In this document: positions 18,368 to 20,000 of the stretch, piece after piece | How the letters are laid out: every line of letters begins with the position of its first letter | How positions within the stretch are numbered: the stretch's first letter is position 1 | Source of the DNA: Neolecta irregularis DAH-3 | Taxonomy: Eukaryota | Length of the DNA stretch: 20,000 nucleotides | Direction: 5' to 3' | NCBI GenBank assembly: GCA_001929475.1 | Contig: LXFE01000157.1 | Span: 108,339 to 128,338, forward strand | Made by a program: the position numbers and the translations under genes | The notes under the pieces: generated by a model | Databases searched by the model: none | Told to the model about the DNA's origin: nothing | Seen by the model: the letters and a program-made list of their open reading frames with translations, nothing else

Positions 18368-20000
18368 ATGGCCCAAACCGCGATGCCGTCAATGGACAAT
18401 GCGATCATGACGAGAGACGAGAACGGACGGCCGTTTATCATTGTTAGAGAGCATGTTTCCTGCTTGGGGTCTACTAATATTATAGTCAGGGGAAAAAGAA
18501 AAGGTTTTGCTTGAAAAAGGCATGAGCTAATGTGAGGCTGCATGGTCTAGATGCAATCAAGGTGGATATGAAAAGAAAGTGGCTAATAAGCTAGTCACAC
18601 ATCTTTGCTGCAAAGACGGTGGCGAATATTGTGCGGTCGTCGCTTGGGCCTCGGGGTTTGTGCGTGGATTTGCATCATGCTGACAAGAGGCTTGGACAAG
18701 ATTCTTATTTCCCCGGACGGGGATATTACTATTACGAATGACGGGGCGACGATTCTTGGGCAGATGGAGGTAGAGCATCAGATTGCGAAATTGCTTGTTC
18801 AATTGTATGCGTTCCGAGGATTGGGCTTACCTGGAGGTCCAAGTCGCAGGACGACGAGATTGGGGATGGCACTACGGGGGTCGTTGGTATACGCGGGCAG
18901 CAGGGCGGGACTGACGGCAGTACTTGCGGGGGCGCTGCTTGAGCAAGCGGAGGAGCTGATTGAGCGGGGCATGCACCCTATCCGGATTGCGGACGGGTTT
19001 GACGCTGCGTGCGGGGTTGCGATTGAGCACCTGGATGCGATCTCTGACGTTGTGCCGTTCAGCAAGACGGATACTGTGAACCTGGTGGAATGCGCCAAGA
19101 CGAGTCTGAGCAGCAAGATGTATGTGGGCGGGGCGGGGGGTGGTGGTGCTAACGGGGCAGAGTGTCGAAGGCGCACGAGCAGTTTGCGCGGATTGCGGTC
19201 GAGGCTGTGCTGTGTGTTGCGGACCTGGAGCGGCGGGACGTGGACTTTGAGCTGATCAAGGTGGAGGGCAAAGTGGGGGGGTCGCTGGAGGACACGGCGC
19301 TGATCAAGGGGGTGATTGTGGACAAGGACATGTCGCACCCGGGGATGCCGAGCGAGGTGCGGGATGCGCGCATTGCGATCCTGACGTGCGCGTTCGAGCC
19401 GCCGAAGCCGAAGACGAAGCACAAGCTGGACATTACGAGCGTGGACGAGTTCCGCAAGCTGCAGGCGTACGAGCGGGGCAAGTTTGAGGAGATGATCGCG
19501 GCGGTCAAGCAGGCGGGGGCGAACCTGGTGATCTGCCAGTGGGGCTTTGACGACGAGGCGAACCACCTGCTGCTGCAGAACGCGCTGCCTGCGGTGCGCT
19601 GGGTCGGCGGGCCGGAGCTGGAGGTGCGCAGCCGTACTCAGCCGATGCTGACCGCAGCTGATCGCGATTGCCACGCACGGGCGCATTGTGCCGCGCTTCG
19701 AGGACCTGACGCCCGCAAAGCTGGGCACCGCGGGGCTTGTGCGCGAGGCGACGTTTGGCACCACGCGCGACAAGATGCTGGTGATCGAGCAGTGCGCAAA
19801 CCCGCGCGCGGTCACGGTGTTTGTGCGCGGCAGCAACAAGATGGTTTCTCGCTGCTGCTGCTCCCGCTGACCGCCAGATCGTCGACGAGGCCAAGCGCGC
19901 GCTGCACGACGCCCTGTGCGTGGTGCGCAACCTGGTCCGCGACAACCGCGTCGTCTACGGCGGCGGGGCCGCGGAACTCGCCTGCTCGCTCGCCGTCGCC
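18368..20000 (+). CDS. CCT5: Chaperonin CCT/TRiC subunit epsilon, 3'-truncated by the window end, at least 9 introns
   Basis: Spliced product reads [45 protein letters not shown]...[28 protein letters not shown]...[24 protein letters not shown]...[14 protein letters not shown]...[14 protein letters not shown]...[10 protein letters not shown]. Introns: 18451-18485, 18504-18536, 18562-18594, 18656-18689, 18805-18836, 18887-18920, 19120-19160, 19624-19657, 19844-19877. Confidence 0.96.

Noticed and set aside
18799-19945. 346-aa and other minus-strand ORFs opposite CCT5
   Set aside because: High GC depletes stop codons. The ORFs read through CCT5 introns and resemble no protein family.
2949-20000. 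Apparent frameshifts and premature stops suggesting pseudogenes
   Set aside because: Every break examined is resolved by a short GT/GC-AG intron that restores conserved motifs.
2949-20000. Idea that the whole window is a dedicated proteostasis gene cluster (BiP, Hbs1, Vps27, Doa4, CCT5)
   Set aside because: The category is broad, and housekeeping genes are dense in compact genomes. Only the VPS27-DOA4 pair shares a specific pathway, and it is reported separately.

Overview
Eukaryotic, fungal DNA, not prokaryotic. It is a very gene-dense ascomycete-like region with tiny (about 31-51 nt) spliceosomal introns and mostly 50-330 bp between coding ends. This architecture and the Swi6 sequence suggest a Taphrinomycotina-type genome such as Neolecta (inference only). 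Ten intron-containing genes were rebuilt by hand: FlbC-like C2H2 transcription factor (+), BiP/Kar2 (+), Hbs1 (-), Vps27 (-), Doa4/USP8-like deubiquitinase (+), BSD-domain protein (-), Age2/SMAP-like ArfGAP (-), cytochrome b5 (+, absent from the ORF track), Swi6/HP1 (-) and CCT5 (+, runs off the window). The most notable observations are: (1) a 597-nt frame-symmetric exon in HBS1 carrying Ski7-like motifs, so one gene could encode Hbs1 and one or two Ski7-type isoforms; (2) unusually relaxed 3' splice sites (four GAG, many AAG) and a GC donor; (3) a 9x18-bp coding repeat that gives Swi6/HP1 a run of T-x-x-E sites; (4) a head-to-head VPS27/DOA4 pair from the same pathway; (5) a 748-nt ATG-free stretch upstream of the transcription factor; (6) a steep GC rise inside CCT5. 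All exon structures were predicted from sequence alone.
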